The position numbers were made by a program, and so were the translations under genes. 64,000 nucleotides of DNA from Squalus acanthias (Eukaryota). The notes beneath the pieces were generated by a model. The model saw nothing but the letters and a program-made list of their open reading frames with translations. It was not told where the DNA came from and ran no database searches. The stretch is from positions 1,674,001 to 1,738,000 of the forward strand of contig JASTWF010000036.1 of NCBI GenBank assembly GCA_030390025.1, written 5' to 3'. Below are positions 10,980-22,767 of the stretch, one piece after another; position 1 is the stretch's first letter; every line of letters begins with the position of its first letter.

Positions 10980-12900
10980 ATCTTCCAATTTTCAAATCTT
11001 CCTTAGATGCGGGGGAGGTGCCTGAGGATTGGAAAGTGGCTAATGTGACACCATTGTTCAAGAAAGGGTCTGAGGACAATCCTAGTAACTATAGGCCAGT
11101 CAGTTTAACATCAGTGGTGGGTAAAGTTTTAGAAACAATAATCAAGGAAAAAATTAACGGGCACTTGGAGAGGTTTAAGCTAATTAAACATAGAATCTAG
11201 GAGCAGGAGTAGGCCATTCAGCCCGTCGAGCCTGCTCCACCATTCAATACGATCATGGCTGATCATCCAAATCCAGTACCCTGTCCCTGCTTTAATCCCC
11301 ACAGTACACATATCCCACCCTACCCCCGTAACCCCACGTATTTAATTCCCCCTAACATATCCCATCCTATCCCCATAACCCCACATATTTAATCCCCCCC
11401 TAACACTAAGGGTCAATTTATCATAGCCAAATCAACCTAACCCGCACATTTTTGGACTGTGGGAGGAAACCGGAGCACCCGGAGGAAACCCACGCAGACA
11501 CGGGGAGAATGTGCAAACTCCACACAGACAGTCACCCTAGGCCAGATTCGAACCCCAGGTCCCTGGCGCTGTGAGGCACCAGTGCTAACCACTATGCCAC
11601 CGTGTTGCCAACACGGATTTGTAAAAGGCAGATCGTGTTTGACTAATCTAATTGAATTTTTTGATGAAGTAACAGAGAGGATTGATGAAGGGAATGCAAT
11701 GGATGTTGTTTACATGGATTTTCGGAAAGCGTTTGACAAAGTACCACATAGAAGGCTGGTTAACAAAATTGAGGCTCATGGAGTAGGTGGGTCAGTGGCA
11801 GCTTGGATAAGGAATTGGCTGAAGGACAGAAAAGAGCGAGTTGTGGTAAATTGCTGTTTTTCAGACTGGAGGATGGTAGGCAGTGGTGTTCCCCAAGGGT
11901 CAGTGCTGGGACCACTGCTTTTTTTGATATATATATAAATGACCTGGATATTGGAATACAGAGTAGAATTTCTAAATTTGCCGATGACACCAAACTTGGG
12001 GGTGTGGCAAACAGTGAGGATGATACCAATCGACTGCAACAGGACATAGAAAGGCTAGCAGAATGGGCAGACAAGTGGCAGATGGAATTTAATACAGAGA
12101 AGTGTGAGGTGATGCATTTTGGCAGAAGGAACAGGGAGAGGCAATATACACTTAATGGCACAGTTTTAAAGAGTGTGCAGGGACAGAGGGACCTGGGAGT
12201 TAATGTGCATCGGTCCCTGAAGGTGGCGGGACATATTGAGAGAGTGGTTAGCAAAGCATATGGGATCTTGGGCTGCATAAATAGAGGTATTGAGTACAAA
12301 AGTAGAGAAGTTATGCTGAACCTTTATAAAGCGCTGGTTAGGCCACAACTGGAGTATTGCGTCCAGTTCTGGTCACCACACTTTAGGAAGGATGTGAAGG
12401 CACGTGAGAGGGTGCAGAGGAGATTTACCAGAATGGTTCCGGGGATGGGGGATCTTAGCTACAAGGACAGGTTGGAGAAGCTGGATTTGTTTTCATTAGA
12501 GCAGAGGAGGTTGTGGGGTGATTTGATAGAGGTGTACAAGACTATGACGGGTTTGGATAGGCTAGACGGGGAAAGGCTGTTCCCACTAGTTGATGGAACA
12601 AGGACTAGGGGGACACAGATTTAAGGATTTGGGCAAGAGATACAGGGGGGGATGTGAGGAAAATCTTTTTTAAGCAGCGAGTGGTGAGGACCTGGAACTC
12701 GCTGCCGACGAAAGTGGTGGAAGCGGAGACACTCAATGTTTTCAAGGGGAGACTGGATAGGCACTTGAGGGAAATAAACTTGCAGGGCTACGGGGATAGA
12801 GCAGGGGGAACGGGACTGACTGGATTGCTCTACAGAGAGCCGGCACGGACTCGATGGGCCGAATGGCCTCCTTCTGTGCCGTATGAGTCTGAGACTCTAT
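10980..12900 (+). mobile_element. CR1 LINE, 5'-truncated (RT domain to 3' UTR), inserted in the Harbinger intron
   Basis: PEDWKVANVTPLFKKG..NYRPVSLTS; QHGFVKGRSCLTNL; GVPQGSVLGP; KFADDTKLGG; frameshifts present. Confidence 0.93.
11187..11609 (-). mobile_element. tRNA-derived V-SINE (HE1-like) with CR1-derived tail
   Basis: Minus strand has A-box TGGCATAGTGG, B-box GGTTCGAATC, V-domain GTGGGTTTCCTCCGGGTGCTCCGGTTTCCTCCCAC and tail ...ctcctagattctatgttt. Confidence 0.9.
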
Positions 12901-13149
12901 GGCACACACCCGCGCCCACTCTTCTTGCAGGAGAAGCTGGCGCATAACAGGAGGAGGTCCTGCCTCGATACACACCCTGATGCCAATGGCGGAGGCTGCC
13001 ATCCACGTCACTGGCAGAGAGATGGCACGCAACATTGAGATGGCCAGGCTGGAGGCCAGGCACAACAGGGCGTTTGGGCATCTTCCCTTCCTTTTATTTA
13101 TATTTAACTCTCTCACTCGTACACTCAGCATGACAACCTGGTGGTGCAT

Positions 13150-14729
13150 TGAGCTGCCACACATCTGCTACTGCTTACCCTTGCCACTATGCACAGGGCA
13201 TTCTTTCTGGGCTATGTTGCAGGAAGTCACCAGACCTGTCCAGGTAGCGAGATTGTTGCTTGAGGACTCCAACTCCAACAACTTGTATTTATACAGCGTC
13301 TTTAACGTAGTAAAACGTCCCACGGCGCTTCACAGGAGCGTAAATCAGACAGAATTTGACACCGAGCCACATAAGGAGATAGTAGGACAGGTGACCAAAA
13401 ACTTGGTCAAAGAGGTAGGTTTTAAGGAGCGTCTTAAAAAGGGAGAGAAAGCTAGAGAGACGGAGAGGTTTAGGCAGGGAATATAAGAGCTGAGGGCCCA
13501 GGCAGATGAAGGCATGGCCGCCAATGGTGGAGCGATTATAATCAAGGATGCGCTAGAGGCCAGAATTGGAGGAACGCAGAGTTCTTGGAGGGTTGTAAGG
13601 CTGGAGGAGGTTACTGAGATAGGGAGGGGCGAGGCCATGAAGGGATTTGAAGACAAAGGATGAGAATTTTAAAATCGAGGTATTGCCGGACCGGAGCCAG
13701 TGTAGGTCAGCGAACACAGGGGTGATGGGTGAATGGGACTTGGTGCGAGTTAGGACATGGGCAGCAGAGTTTTGGATGAACTCAAGTTTATGGTGGGTGG
13801 AAAATGGGAGGCCAGCCAGGAGAGCTTTGGAATAATTGAGTCTGGAGGTAACAAAGGCATGGATGAGGGTCTGCTCAGTGAAGGCTCTGGTTGAGCTGTG
13901 GATCTGATTGTAGTGCAGATCAGCAGCTGAGTGTGGGATCCTGAGAGGAGCCACGAGCCAGGTGTGCAGGTGATAACCCTTGTCCCCAAGCAGCCACACT
14001 CTCACTTGCTGTGCAGGGGCAAAGAGTGGGGGGATGGAGGATTGCCACAATATAAAAGTGTCATGGAAGCTGCCAGGAAAGTGGGCACAGACCTGCATGA
14101 TGCGTTGCTGGTGATCACACCTCAGTTGCACATTACTGGAGTGGAGGCCCTTGTGATTCATGAAGGCAGGGGGTCATGTGAAGGAGCCTCAGGGCGATAT
14201 GGTGCAGTCAATGAGGCCCTGGATATGGGGGAATCCTGCAATCTGTGCAAACCTCAGAGCCCTATCCTGCTGCTTCTGATTGTCCATGGGGACAGTGCTG
14301 AAACTGTTTGCTCTAGAAAACATTGGCATCAGTCGTCTGCTTAATACAAGCATGGGCTGTAGACTGACTGATGTCACTGATATCCCCTGTGACAGCCTGG
14401 AAGGAGCCGGAGACAAGGGACTTCAGAGCAGCAGTGACCTTAACTGCAATCGGCAGTGCGGTGTTCGCAGTAGGAGTTGGTTGCAGGTCTTGTTGCAGGA
14501 GGTGACAACTCTGAGACAGCCTCTCTAAGGAAGAGCAGCCTCCTCTTGAACTGCTCCTCCGAGAACTGCAGCTATGTTGCCCTGGGCCTATTGACTCTGT
14601 TGGGAGGGTGAGGATTCCTCCGAGCTCACCTCCTTCTATTTGCTCCCCGTCCAGCTGCAGTTCTGTTTGCTCCTTCCTCCTCTTCCTCCTCCTTGTCCTC
14701 CGGAGTGGAATGGCCAGAAGGACCCTCAT
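13150..14729 (-). pseudogene. Harbinger (HARBI1-like) DDE transposase relic, frameshifted and split by an L2 insertion
   Basis: ALPIAVKVTAALKSLVSGSFQ..GDISDISQST; FAQIAGFPHIQGLIDCT; NHKGLHSSNVQLRCD..A.FPGSFHD..I; WLLGDKGY; YNQIHSSTRAFTEQT. Confidence 0.9.
13268..13870 (-). mobile_element. L2 LINE 3' fragment
   Basis: TLIHAFVTSRLNYS.ALLAGLP...QNSAAHVL...ITPV..LHWL; tail ataaatacaagttgttg. Confidence 0.9.
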
Positions 14730-15436
14730 AAAGAGAAAAGTTCAAAAAAGAAGCCCTTTAAGAGTTCAGAAGGTTCTACGGGCACTACAAGCACTCTGAA
14801 ATGGTATAAGTAACCAAAAACCACAATATAATACAAGGAATTTGGCTCCCAAAGTTCGCCAGTGTTTTAGCTGAGAGCAGCTGAGGAACCCTTTAAATAC
14901 CGCTTAAAATGGCTGCCTCCTGACTTGTACCATCCACTGCTTGTGAGCGGGATGAGGAACTGCCGGTAGCTATGTGGGCAGAGATGAAAATTATGTTGGG
15001 GTTCTTGACTATGTCATTTGACGCCGATTCGCATTTATTATATCTGCATTTTTTTTCTGACAGAAGCTCCCTCCGCCTAAATCCTGGTCCGCCCATAAAT
15101 CGGGGCGGGAGGACAACCAGCACTAGGTTGGCGGTTCTGTTCTTCACGCCGTCCTGTCTTTAGGCATAAACAGGACGGAAAGTGAGATGAAAATCACTCC
15201 CAGAACTTCTTGACAAAACATTAGCTACATGTTAAAAGGTCAAAGTGACAACTTTCAGATCGGTTGATAGATTTAATCCAGTCAAGAAAAAAAACAACAG
15301 TATTGACTTCACATAAATAGGGCTGAGTGAGTTGCCAGCACCACTGTGTGGATCAAATACTTCCCCACAGGGAGACAGGAGTGTGATTCAACTCCCACCA
15401 CATTCATGCACCCCTAGTAGTTGACCTTATGGGTTA

Positions 15437-16012
15437 TCATAGAATCATAGAAATTTACAGCACAGAAGGAGGCCATTTCGGCCCATCGTGTCTGTGCCGG
15501 TCGACAAAGAGCTCTCCAGCCTAATCCCACTTTCCAGCTCTTGGTCCGTAGCCCTGTAGGTTACGGTACTTCAAGTGCATATCCAAGCACTTTTTAAATG
15601 TGCTGAGGGTGTCTGCCTCGACCACCCTTTTAGGCAGTGAGTTCCAGACCCCCACCACCCTCTGGGTGAAGAAATTTCCCCTCAAATCCCCTCTAAGCCT
15701 TCTACCAATTACTTTAAATCTGTGCCCCCTTGTTTATTGACCCCTCTGCTAAGGGAAATAGGTCCTTCCTATCCACTCTATCTAGGCCCCTCATAATTTT
15801 ATACACCTCAATAGGGTCTCCCCTCAGCCTCCTCTGTTCCAAAGAAAACAACCCCAGCCTATCCAATCTTTCCTCGTAGCGAAAATTCTCCAGTCCTGGC
15901 AACATCCTGGTAAATCTCCTCTACACCCTCTCTAGTGCACTCACATCCTTCCTGTAATGTGGTGACCAGAACTGCACGCAGTACTCTAGCTGTGGCCTAA
16001 CTAGTGTTTTAT
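15437..16012 (-). mobile_element. CR1 LINE 3' fragment
   Basis: YEERLDRLGLFSLEQRRLRGD..EVYKIMRG; (ttctatga)n tail. Confidence 0.9.
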
Positions 16013-16042
16013 AACTAGTGTTATATCAGCAGGGGCCTGGGA

Positions 16043-16416
16043 ATAGGGTTGCCAACTGTGATGGGACGTATTCCTGGAGGTGTCATCACATGACCCTCCT
16101 GTCTCCAACTGCGCCCCCCCTGCCATTGGCCGCCCAACATGTCCATCCTCACGGTGCCCTGCCATCCCATGGCCAATCAGAAAGATTTTTCAGTACCTGA
16201 TTGGATGATTCTTGACTGTCAGTCAAACAGCTTTTTTTCCCCCCATGTCCGATATTTTTATAACTAATAAACGAAAATGTTCAAAGAATTTTTTTTTAAA
16301 AACAACTTTTTTAATGACCCTATGATTTTTCTCCTGGGTCGCTCCCAGTAGTGTCCTGGAGATTAACCTTTCATTCTTGGAGACTCCAGGGCAATCCTGG
16401 AGGGTTGGGAACCCTA
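16043..16416. mobile_element. Non-autonomous hAT element (TAGGGTTGCCAAC family)
   Basis: tagggttgccaac ... gttgggaacccta; GCCTGGGA repeated on both flanks (16035-16042, 16417-16424). Confidence 0.85.
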
Positions 16417-16677
16417 GCCTGGGATCATAAAGTGTGAAATGAGAAAAGCTTAATCAGCCCATCGAAATTGTTCCTTCCGATACATGCACGATACATGTAA
16501 ACACCCAGAGATGCAGGAAGTCACATGTAATGTATACAATTGTGTCCAAATTAATTTCATGCTATGTCGGCAGTACAAGGAGGGGTCTGGAATGTTGTCA
16601 CTATTTTAGGGAGTGTCAGCCTTGATCCAGAGGCAAGAGCATGAACCAACTAAGCCAAGATAGCATACATTATACAG

Positions 16678-16868
16678 TAATAAAAACAGAAAATGCTGGA
16701 AATACTCAGCAGGTCAGGCAGCATCTGTGGAGACAGGTCGGACGAAGGGCCATCGACCTGAAACGTTAACTCTGTTTCTCTCTCCACAGATGCTGCCTGA
16801 CCTGCTGAGTATTCCCAGCATTTTCTGTTTTTAGTTCAGATTTCCAGCATCCACAGTATTTTGCTTTT
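16678..16868. mobile_element. Penelope-derived fold-back insertion
   Basis: Inverted arms aaaaacagaaaatgctgg..atactcagcaggtcaggcagcatctgtggaga, one-sided extension, and 13-bp TSD ATACATYATACAG (16665-16677, 16869-16881). Confidence 0.8.
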
Positions 16869-16994
16869 ATACATCATACAGCCCTGACTGGCTGCAGTTC
16901 ATGAATGAGATTCCCGTGGTGCTACCAGCAATGGAACCACAGCGATCTACATCATGAATGTCGATATTTATGGCTTCAATCCCATTCTTAATCC

Positions 16995-17150
16995 GATGCT
17001 TTCAAAAGGAACCTAGACGAGTACATGAGAGAAAAGGGAATAGAAAGATATGCTGAAAGGCTGAGATGAGGTAGACGGAACGGGAGGAGACTCGTGTGGA
17101 GTATAAACACCAGCACAGACTGGTTGGGCCGAACGGCCTGTTAATTCTAT
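16995..17150 (+). mobile_element. CR1 3' tail
   Basis: Same tail family as 1830-2004. Confidence 0.7.
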
Positions 17151-19314
17151 GTGATATTCCACCCACAGCTTTACAATGGAATTATTCATTGAGACGGGAC
17201 AAATTGCCTTCAATAGGTGTCTATTCCATATCTTTATTGTTTTGTGGGAAGGGGAAGTTTCGAATACTCTCACTTGCGGTTTCCCAACTTTGTATTCTTA
17301 TGCTGTAGTCTTGTGAGCACAGTTGAAGATTGAAATAATGGCGTGTATTCAGATTGCCCGATTATACTCCAGATCAGAGTGAGTGCACAGGGGGAACCGA
17401 AATCAGCGTACAATTAAATAGCACTTGGCATGTCCCAACATGTCCCAGAGCACTTTGCAAGAGTAGCAATAGACATTGAGCAGGACATTGGAGAGAAATG
17501 AAGGGAGGTGACCAAAGGCCTGGTCAAGAGGATAGGAAGCCTTTGGAAAGAGGCGGTAAGGGGGAAGGGTTTAGGATGAGAGTTCAGGTGAGCAGAAGCG
17601 TGATGGCTGAAGGCTCAGCAAAGAACAGACACATTAAAAACACAATGGGGAGGAGGGAAAGTTGTTTTCAATGCAAATTGGTTCTAAAATTAGTATTTAT
17701 TGAACATAATATGAAGAATTTAATGTCTAGTATTAGCAAATACTTTGAGGCTGATTAGAATGACACTTAATCGCTTTAAGTAATTAATTTGAAAAGTAAT
17801 TTGTTTAAAGAAAAGCAATTTGGCTGTAATTTATATTGGTTGTAGATACTGAACCATTTCAGTCTTTGATCTTGTATTTATGAACTTGACTATCAGAAAT
17901 CCTTTACGTGAAATGATTAAATAGAAAGGAACATCATTAGATAAACGGTGTCAGAAAGGTGGTGAGGACAGTCAGTATGTGTTGGGCCTTGATTCAATGG
18001 CTTTCTCACTGAAAGGTTGCCCACGACTCGTCAATGCTACAGACAAGGAGACTTTCAGTTGGGTCAAAAAAATGCCTTCCTCGCTATTGTGCAAATGACA
18101 TTTAGATGGCAGTTCTGATGTAACTTCAGGTACTGGAGTGAACTGAGAGTCTTGGCACTATACCAGTGGTAACCATGGGGAAGCCAGTGTCCCTGCCGTG
18201 TGCCCGTTTAGCATTAAGGAGGCTCAGCGCTCCTTGAACTGGGCTCCGCACCTTTCCTTCAGTATAAAAGACCAAAAGGCCAGTACCACAAAACTGGAAG
18301 GATAAGATTCAACTTTGTTCATCTTAAGTGAGGAAGTTAGTGTCAGCCCGAGCACAAAAAGAATCAACGTCAGTTCCCCTCTCCATATCCCACCTCCCAC
18401 CCTCCCCATTTGATTGTTTCCAAGTATTTGCTCTGTGGTGGACTTCATACTATTCACTGGCACAGAACCCCCCAAGATGGCTACCTAAACAAACCAATGG
18501 CCATTAAACGAGCATGCATATAAGATGTTACCCAGCATTCCTTTTCCTTTCCAATTACATTGACCGTTTCTCATCCCTCTGGTTAGATTATTCTGTGCTC
18601 ACTTATTTTGGACCGACTGGATCTCGTTGGCATTTTAAAGCTAGGAATTATGGGGGGGCGGGGGGCAGGACAGGACTTGCGTTCCCTGTGTGAAGTTCAC
18701 TTCCCAGAACCTCAATAACATTACTCGAACGAGGCCGTTGACATCTCTCAGCAGATTTAAAACAAGTTTAAAAATGCCATGTCGATCCGGGTGGCTTAAA
18801 TGAGTGAGCGCATAGTGCTCTGACCAGAGGATTAAGAAACAGCCAAGGAACGTTCACATTCATGAAATGTAAGGGAGTAACTTAGCCACTGGGATTTAGT
18901 TCCTCTCTGAAAGGATCTGAACTGAAGAGTTGGAAGCAAAGTAAAGCTGAATTTGGAGCTTTGCCCTCAATCTACATGCAGCAATATATAACATTCCATC
19001 TCATTATTCCGATTCTGCATCATTTTCACTAAAGACCTGGTCTTCTGTTAAAGCAGCGGATTTGGAAATGCTGCAACAATTATCACGCAGATGCAAATTT
19101 GCATGTTTTTACGACCATTTGAACAGGTCATTAAACACTGTATAAAAATACCGTTTTTCTAATTTCACTACAGAACTGCTCGCATCAGATTTAAGTGATA
19201 TATTTAGCTGTACAAGTATAACTTCACCTGATTATGGCAGTTGTTAGGTGAGACAGCTGATTGCAGAGTTGCTTGCCAAGCGTGAAGGGCCACGAATGTG
19301 GAGACATTTTCGCC

Positions 19315-19700
19315 TCCCCGTTTTCTCTCTTTTTACTCTCCTCCTGTCCTGTGCCATCTCTTACCCTTGTATGGTTCCAATCGCAACCAGAAACCTTCCA
19401 CTAGCTCACTCAAGTTGCCATTTACGTGCGCGTCTGGGCAGTGAATGGCGGTAGCCTATTGGACCATCCAGGGCATTACAGCTACGCCCGAGATTGTCAT
19501 CATTCAATTTACAAACACACTAGGATTACTATCAGAGGCAGAAACCCTGGCTGACTCAACTTTAGTGTCTCAACTGCTGTCTTAGTTGAGCTGAGCTAAA
19601 TCAACATCGATCATCTGACTGAACTTGGGACCTCTCGTCAGTATGGCTTGGCATCACACCAGGTGATATTCGCCCGTTGAGCTCCTACAAGTGTCTCTGA
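19315..19700 (-). mobile_element. Old SINE-like repeat (family C), degenerate
   Basis: aaaccctggctga...gaacttgggacct blocks shared with the other copies. Confidence 0.4.
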
Positions 19701-19784
19701 GATCAACCATAATCTGTGCAGTAAATAGGTGTAAGGACCACTACAATAGACCTTATTGCTCCTGGGCAAGGGAGCTAGAAGGAA

Positions 19785-20160
19785 AAAAGAACTTGAATTA
19801 ATACAGTGTCGTTCATGTCCTTGAGATGTCCCAAAGTGCTTCACAACCAGTGAATTACAGTTAAAGTCTAATCACTGTTAATACTTAGGCAGATGTGGCA
19901 GCCAATTTGTGTACAGCAAGGTCCCACAAACGGCATTGAGATGAATGACTATTTAATCTGGTGTTGGGTGAAGGGTAAATATTGGCCAGGGCACCAGAAA
20001 ACCCTTCTGCTTCTTTTCGAATAGTATGCCATCATTTATGTCGATCCGAACAGGCATACTGGGCCTCGGTTTAACGTCTCATCCGAAAGATGACACATCT
20101 GACAATGCAGCACTCCCTCACTGGGAGTGTCGGCCTAGATTTTTGTGCTCAGGTTTTGAA
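19785..20160 (-). mobile_element. DeuSINE-like SINE, degenerate
   Basis: ggcctcggtttaacgtctcatccgaaaga and cagcaaggtcccacaaac blocks. Confidence 0.75.
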
Positions 20161-20419
20161 GCCAGCGTTCCTAATCCTAATTGTGATGCAGCGATTTCAC
20201 CCTATCTCTAACCGAAATATACGTGTTTGTGCGTGCGCATGCCAATTAAGGGCAAGAACCTCAAAGCTGAACAGCCTGCCCACACTTACAATCTAGGCTC
20301 ATGTGTGGAGAATGCTCACTGAGGTACCAGAGGGCAGCTAACACCTGGGAAACCATATTCAGCCAGTGTCAGCGGCTTCAAGAGAATATGGGAGGAAAAA
20401 ACAACCAACAACAAGTGAT

Positions 20420-20762
20420 TAATCTCTGTAATCTCCTCCAACACGATAACCCTTCGAGATATCTGCGCTCCTCCAATTCTGGCCTCTTGATTATCCCTGA
20501 TTAGAATTGCTCCACCATTGGTGGCCGTGCCTTCAGCTGCCAAGGCCCTAAGCTCTGGAATTCCCTGTCTAAACCTCTCAGCCTCTCTCTCCCCATTTAA
20601 GACGCTCCTTAAAACCTACCTCTTTGACCAAGCTTTTGGTCACTTGTCCTAATATCTCCTTATGTGGCTCGGTGTCAAATTTTGTCTGATAATCGCTCCT
20701 GTGAAGCGCCTTGGGACGTTTTGCTACGTTAACGGTGCTATCTAAATGCAAGTTGTTGTTGT
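20420..20762 (+). mobile_element. L2 LINE 3' end
   Basis: CNLLQ..NPSRYLRSSNSGLL; tail aaatgcaagttgttgttg. Confidence 0.88.
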
Positions 20763-21390
20763 AACGGGAAATAAAATAATGAGAGAGAGAATGGGGAATG
20801 AGAGAGAGGCACAAATGAATTTGCAGAGGTAGGTTTTGTGGGGCCAAATTGTGTGGAAAAGTCTCAACTCGCGTGCCTTGTTATATGGTCGATTAATGAA
20901 TTAAGGGCTGATATCGACCAGTATGTCTAATCTGGTACATTTTGAAACCAGCTCCACCGATGCAGGAGAAGTATTGTTTACTCACTAATTGGATACTGTT
21001 GCAAAAAGCAGAATGGCGTCACTGATCGATAGCGTACAGCATATGTAACAAACAGCAGTTATTTACCTTGGTAACCTCCGTATGAAGATTAATAGCTGCT
21101 GCAAGCACGTTTGCAGCAGGCAAACGGAGAGCTAAAGGGATAGTGTCATCAAACCAGCAGGCACAGTGTTGTTCCTGTTGGGAACGAGACAGAGAACGGC
21201 TCTCGAGGTGCAACCATGGTTTGCCTTGTGCTGCGCGATTTCACGTGATGTCTCCTATTTTGATTCCACAGAACCTCGCCCGGCATGAAAGTGTGTGAAC
21301 AATTAAAAGCGTTTTCATTTGTTTCATCCTCTGTGATACTCGGCAGTTACTTCTATTAAACCATTCTAAGCACACATCTCTCTTTTCAAA

Positions 21391-21826
21391 TAGAAACAGA
21401 AAATGCTGGGAATACTCAGCAGGTCAGGCAGCATCTGTGGAGAGAGAGACAGAGTTAACGTTTCAGGTCTGATGGCCTTTTGTCAGAACTGGAAAAAGTT
21501 AGAGATGTACCAGATTTTAAGCAAGTGCGGGGGCCGGGAAAGGGGGGAGGGGAGGAAAGAACAAAAGGGAAGGTCTGTGATAGGGTGGAAGGCAGGAGAG
21601 ATTAAATAACAAAAGTGATGATGGTGCAAGGCAAAAGGAGATGATAATGGGACAAGTAAAGAAACAAAAGATGGATCTAGAGGAGGTGTAAATGGGAATA
21701 GCAGAATCATCATCAACAGCTGCCGTCCGAAAAAATTGGCCTGAAATTGTTGAACTCAATGTTGAGTCCAGAAGGCTGTAAAGTGCCTAATCGAAAGATG
21801 AGGTGCTGTTCCTTGAGCTTACGTTC
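21391..21826 (-). mobile_element. Penelope-like element 3' end (C-terminus of GIY-YIG region, 3' UTR and pLTR)
   Basis: Minus strand translates ERKLKEQHLIFRLGTLQPSGLNIEFNN; the pLTR carries a degenerate hammerhead at 21454-21489. Confidence 0.85.
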
Positions 21827-22216
21827 CCCTCATAATATAATAATTCGGATGTCATCTATTCAGTCCTTATTTTTATATAGTACTTTGATTTCATATTATT
21901 ATTTATAGTTAAAAACCAAAACTTAAGACAATTTGGGAAGCAGAGAAGTAGAGTCGGTTGGAGCATAGGAGTTCATCTGTTTACAGGCCGAGGAGCTGGG
22001 GGAGGCCAAACTGAAGCACTACAGCGCCACCAGTGGCGGGAGAGTGTAAGTGCAATGTGACATGTTTACATAAGCACTAAAGACTGTTGGAACTCGGGTG
22101 TTCCTGTGGTGCTGTATTACCTTCAGTGGACAAATACAATTCAGGTTTCTTCTTCTGACATGGAGCCAGTAGTAGAGTAATGGGCGTGGCAACATTCAGC
22201 TGATAACAGGTGCGGT

Positions 22217-22767
22217 AGGAACATAGGAACAGGAGTCGGCCATTGAGCCCCTGGAGCCTGTTCCACCATTCAATGAGATCACGGCTGATCTGTGACCTAA
22301 CTCCATATACCTGCCTTTGGCCCATATCCCTTAATACCTTTGGTTAACAAAAATCTATCAATCTCTGATTTAAAATTAACAATTGACCCCCAGCATCAAC
22401 TGCCGTTTGCGGAAGAGAGTTCCAAACTTCTACCGCCCTTTGTGTGCAGAAGTGTTTCCTAATTTCACTCCTGAAAGGTCTGGCTCTAATTTTTAGACTA
22501 TGCCCCCTAGTCCCAGACTCCCCAACCAGCGGAAATAGTTTCTCTCTCTCTACCCTATCTGTTCCCCTTAATGACTTGAAAACTTCGATCAGATCACCCC
22601 TTAACCTTCTAAATTCTAGGGAATACAACCCTAATTTGTGTAATCTCTCCTCGTAACTTAACCCTTGAAGTCCGGGTATCATTTTGGTAAACCTACGCTG
22701 CACTCCCTCCAAGGCCAATATATCCTTCCTAAGGTGTGGTGCCCAGAACTGCTCACAGTGCTCCAGG
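22217..22767 (-). mobile_element. CR1 LINE 3' fragment
   Basis: LEHCEQFWAPHLRKDILALEGVQRRFTKMIPGL...RRLRGDLIEVFK. Confidence 0.9.

Larger units (their letters stand above)
10520..13060 (+). pseudogene. Harbinger Myb/SANT-like DNA-binding protein relic (two exons: ~10520-10711 and 12931-~13060)
   Basis: PRTWLQHRKKFNDLTRNAK followed by donor gtaaga; acceptor cttcttgcag at 12930 followed by EKLAHNRR and (frameshifted) TGGGPA..TL, typical of MSANTD/NAIF1-like Harbinger ORF1. Confidence 0.7.
10240..15200. mobile_element. Degenerate autonomous-type PIF/Harbinger transposon (Myb/SANT gene on +, transposase on -), with nested CR1, SINE and L2
   Basis: See the two pseudogene features. Boundaries are approximate; the right end gatgaaaatcactccc is TIR-like. 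Confidence 0.75.

Noticed and set aside
13553..14729. Host HARBI1 gene
   Set aside because: Multiple frameshifts, an L2 insertion and a linked Myb relic indicate a dead transposon.
22021..22055. CTCF-like GCGCCACCAGTGGC (and CCACAGAGGGCG at ~36916)
   Set aside because: Mismatches at key core positions; cannot be supported without PWM scoring or ChIP.
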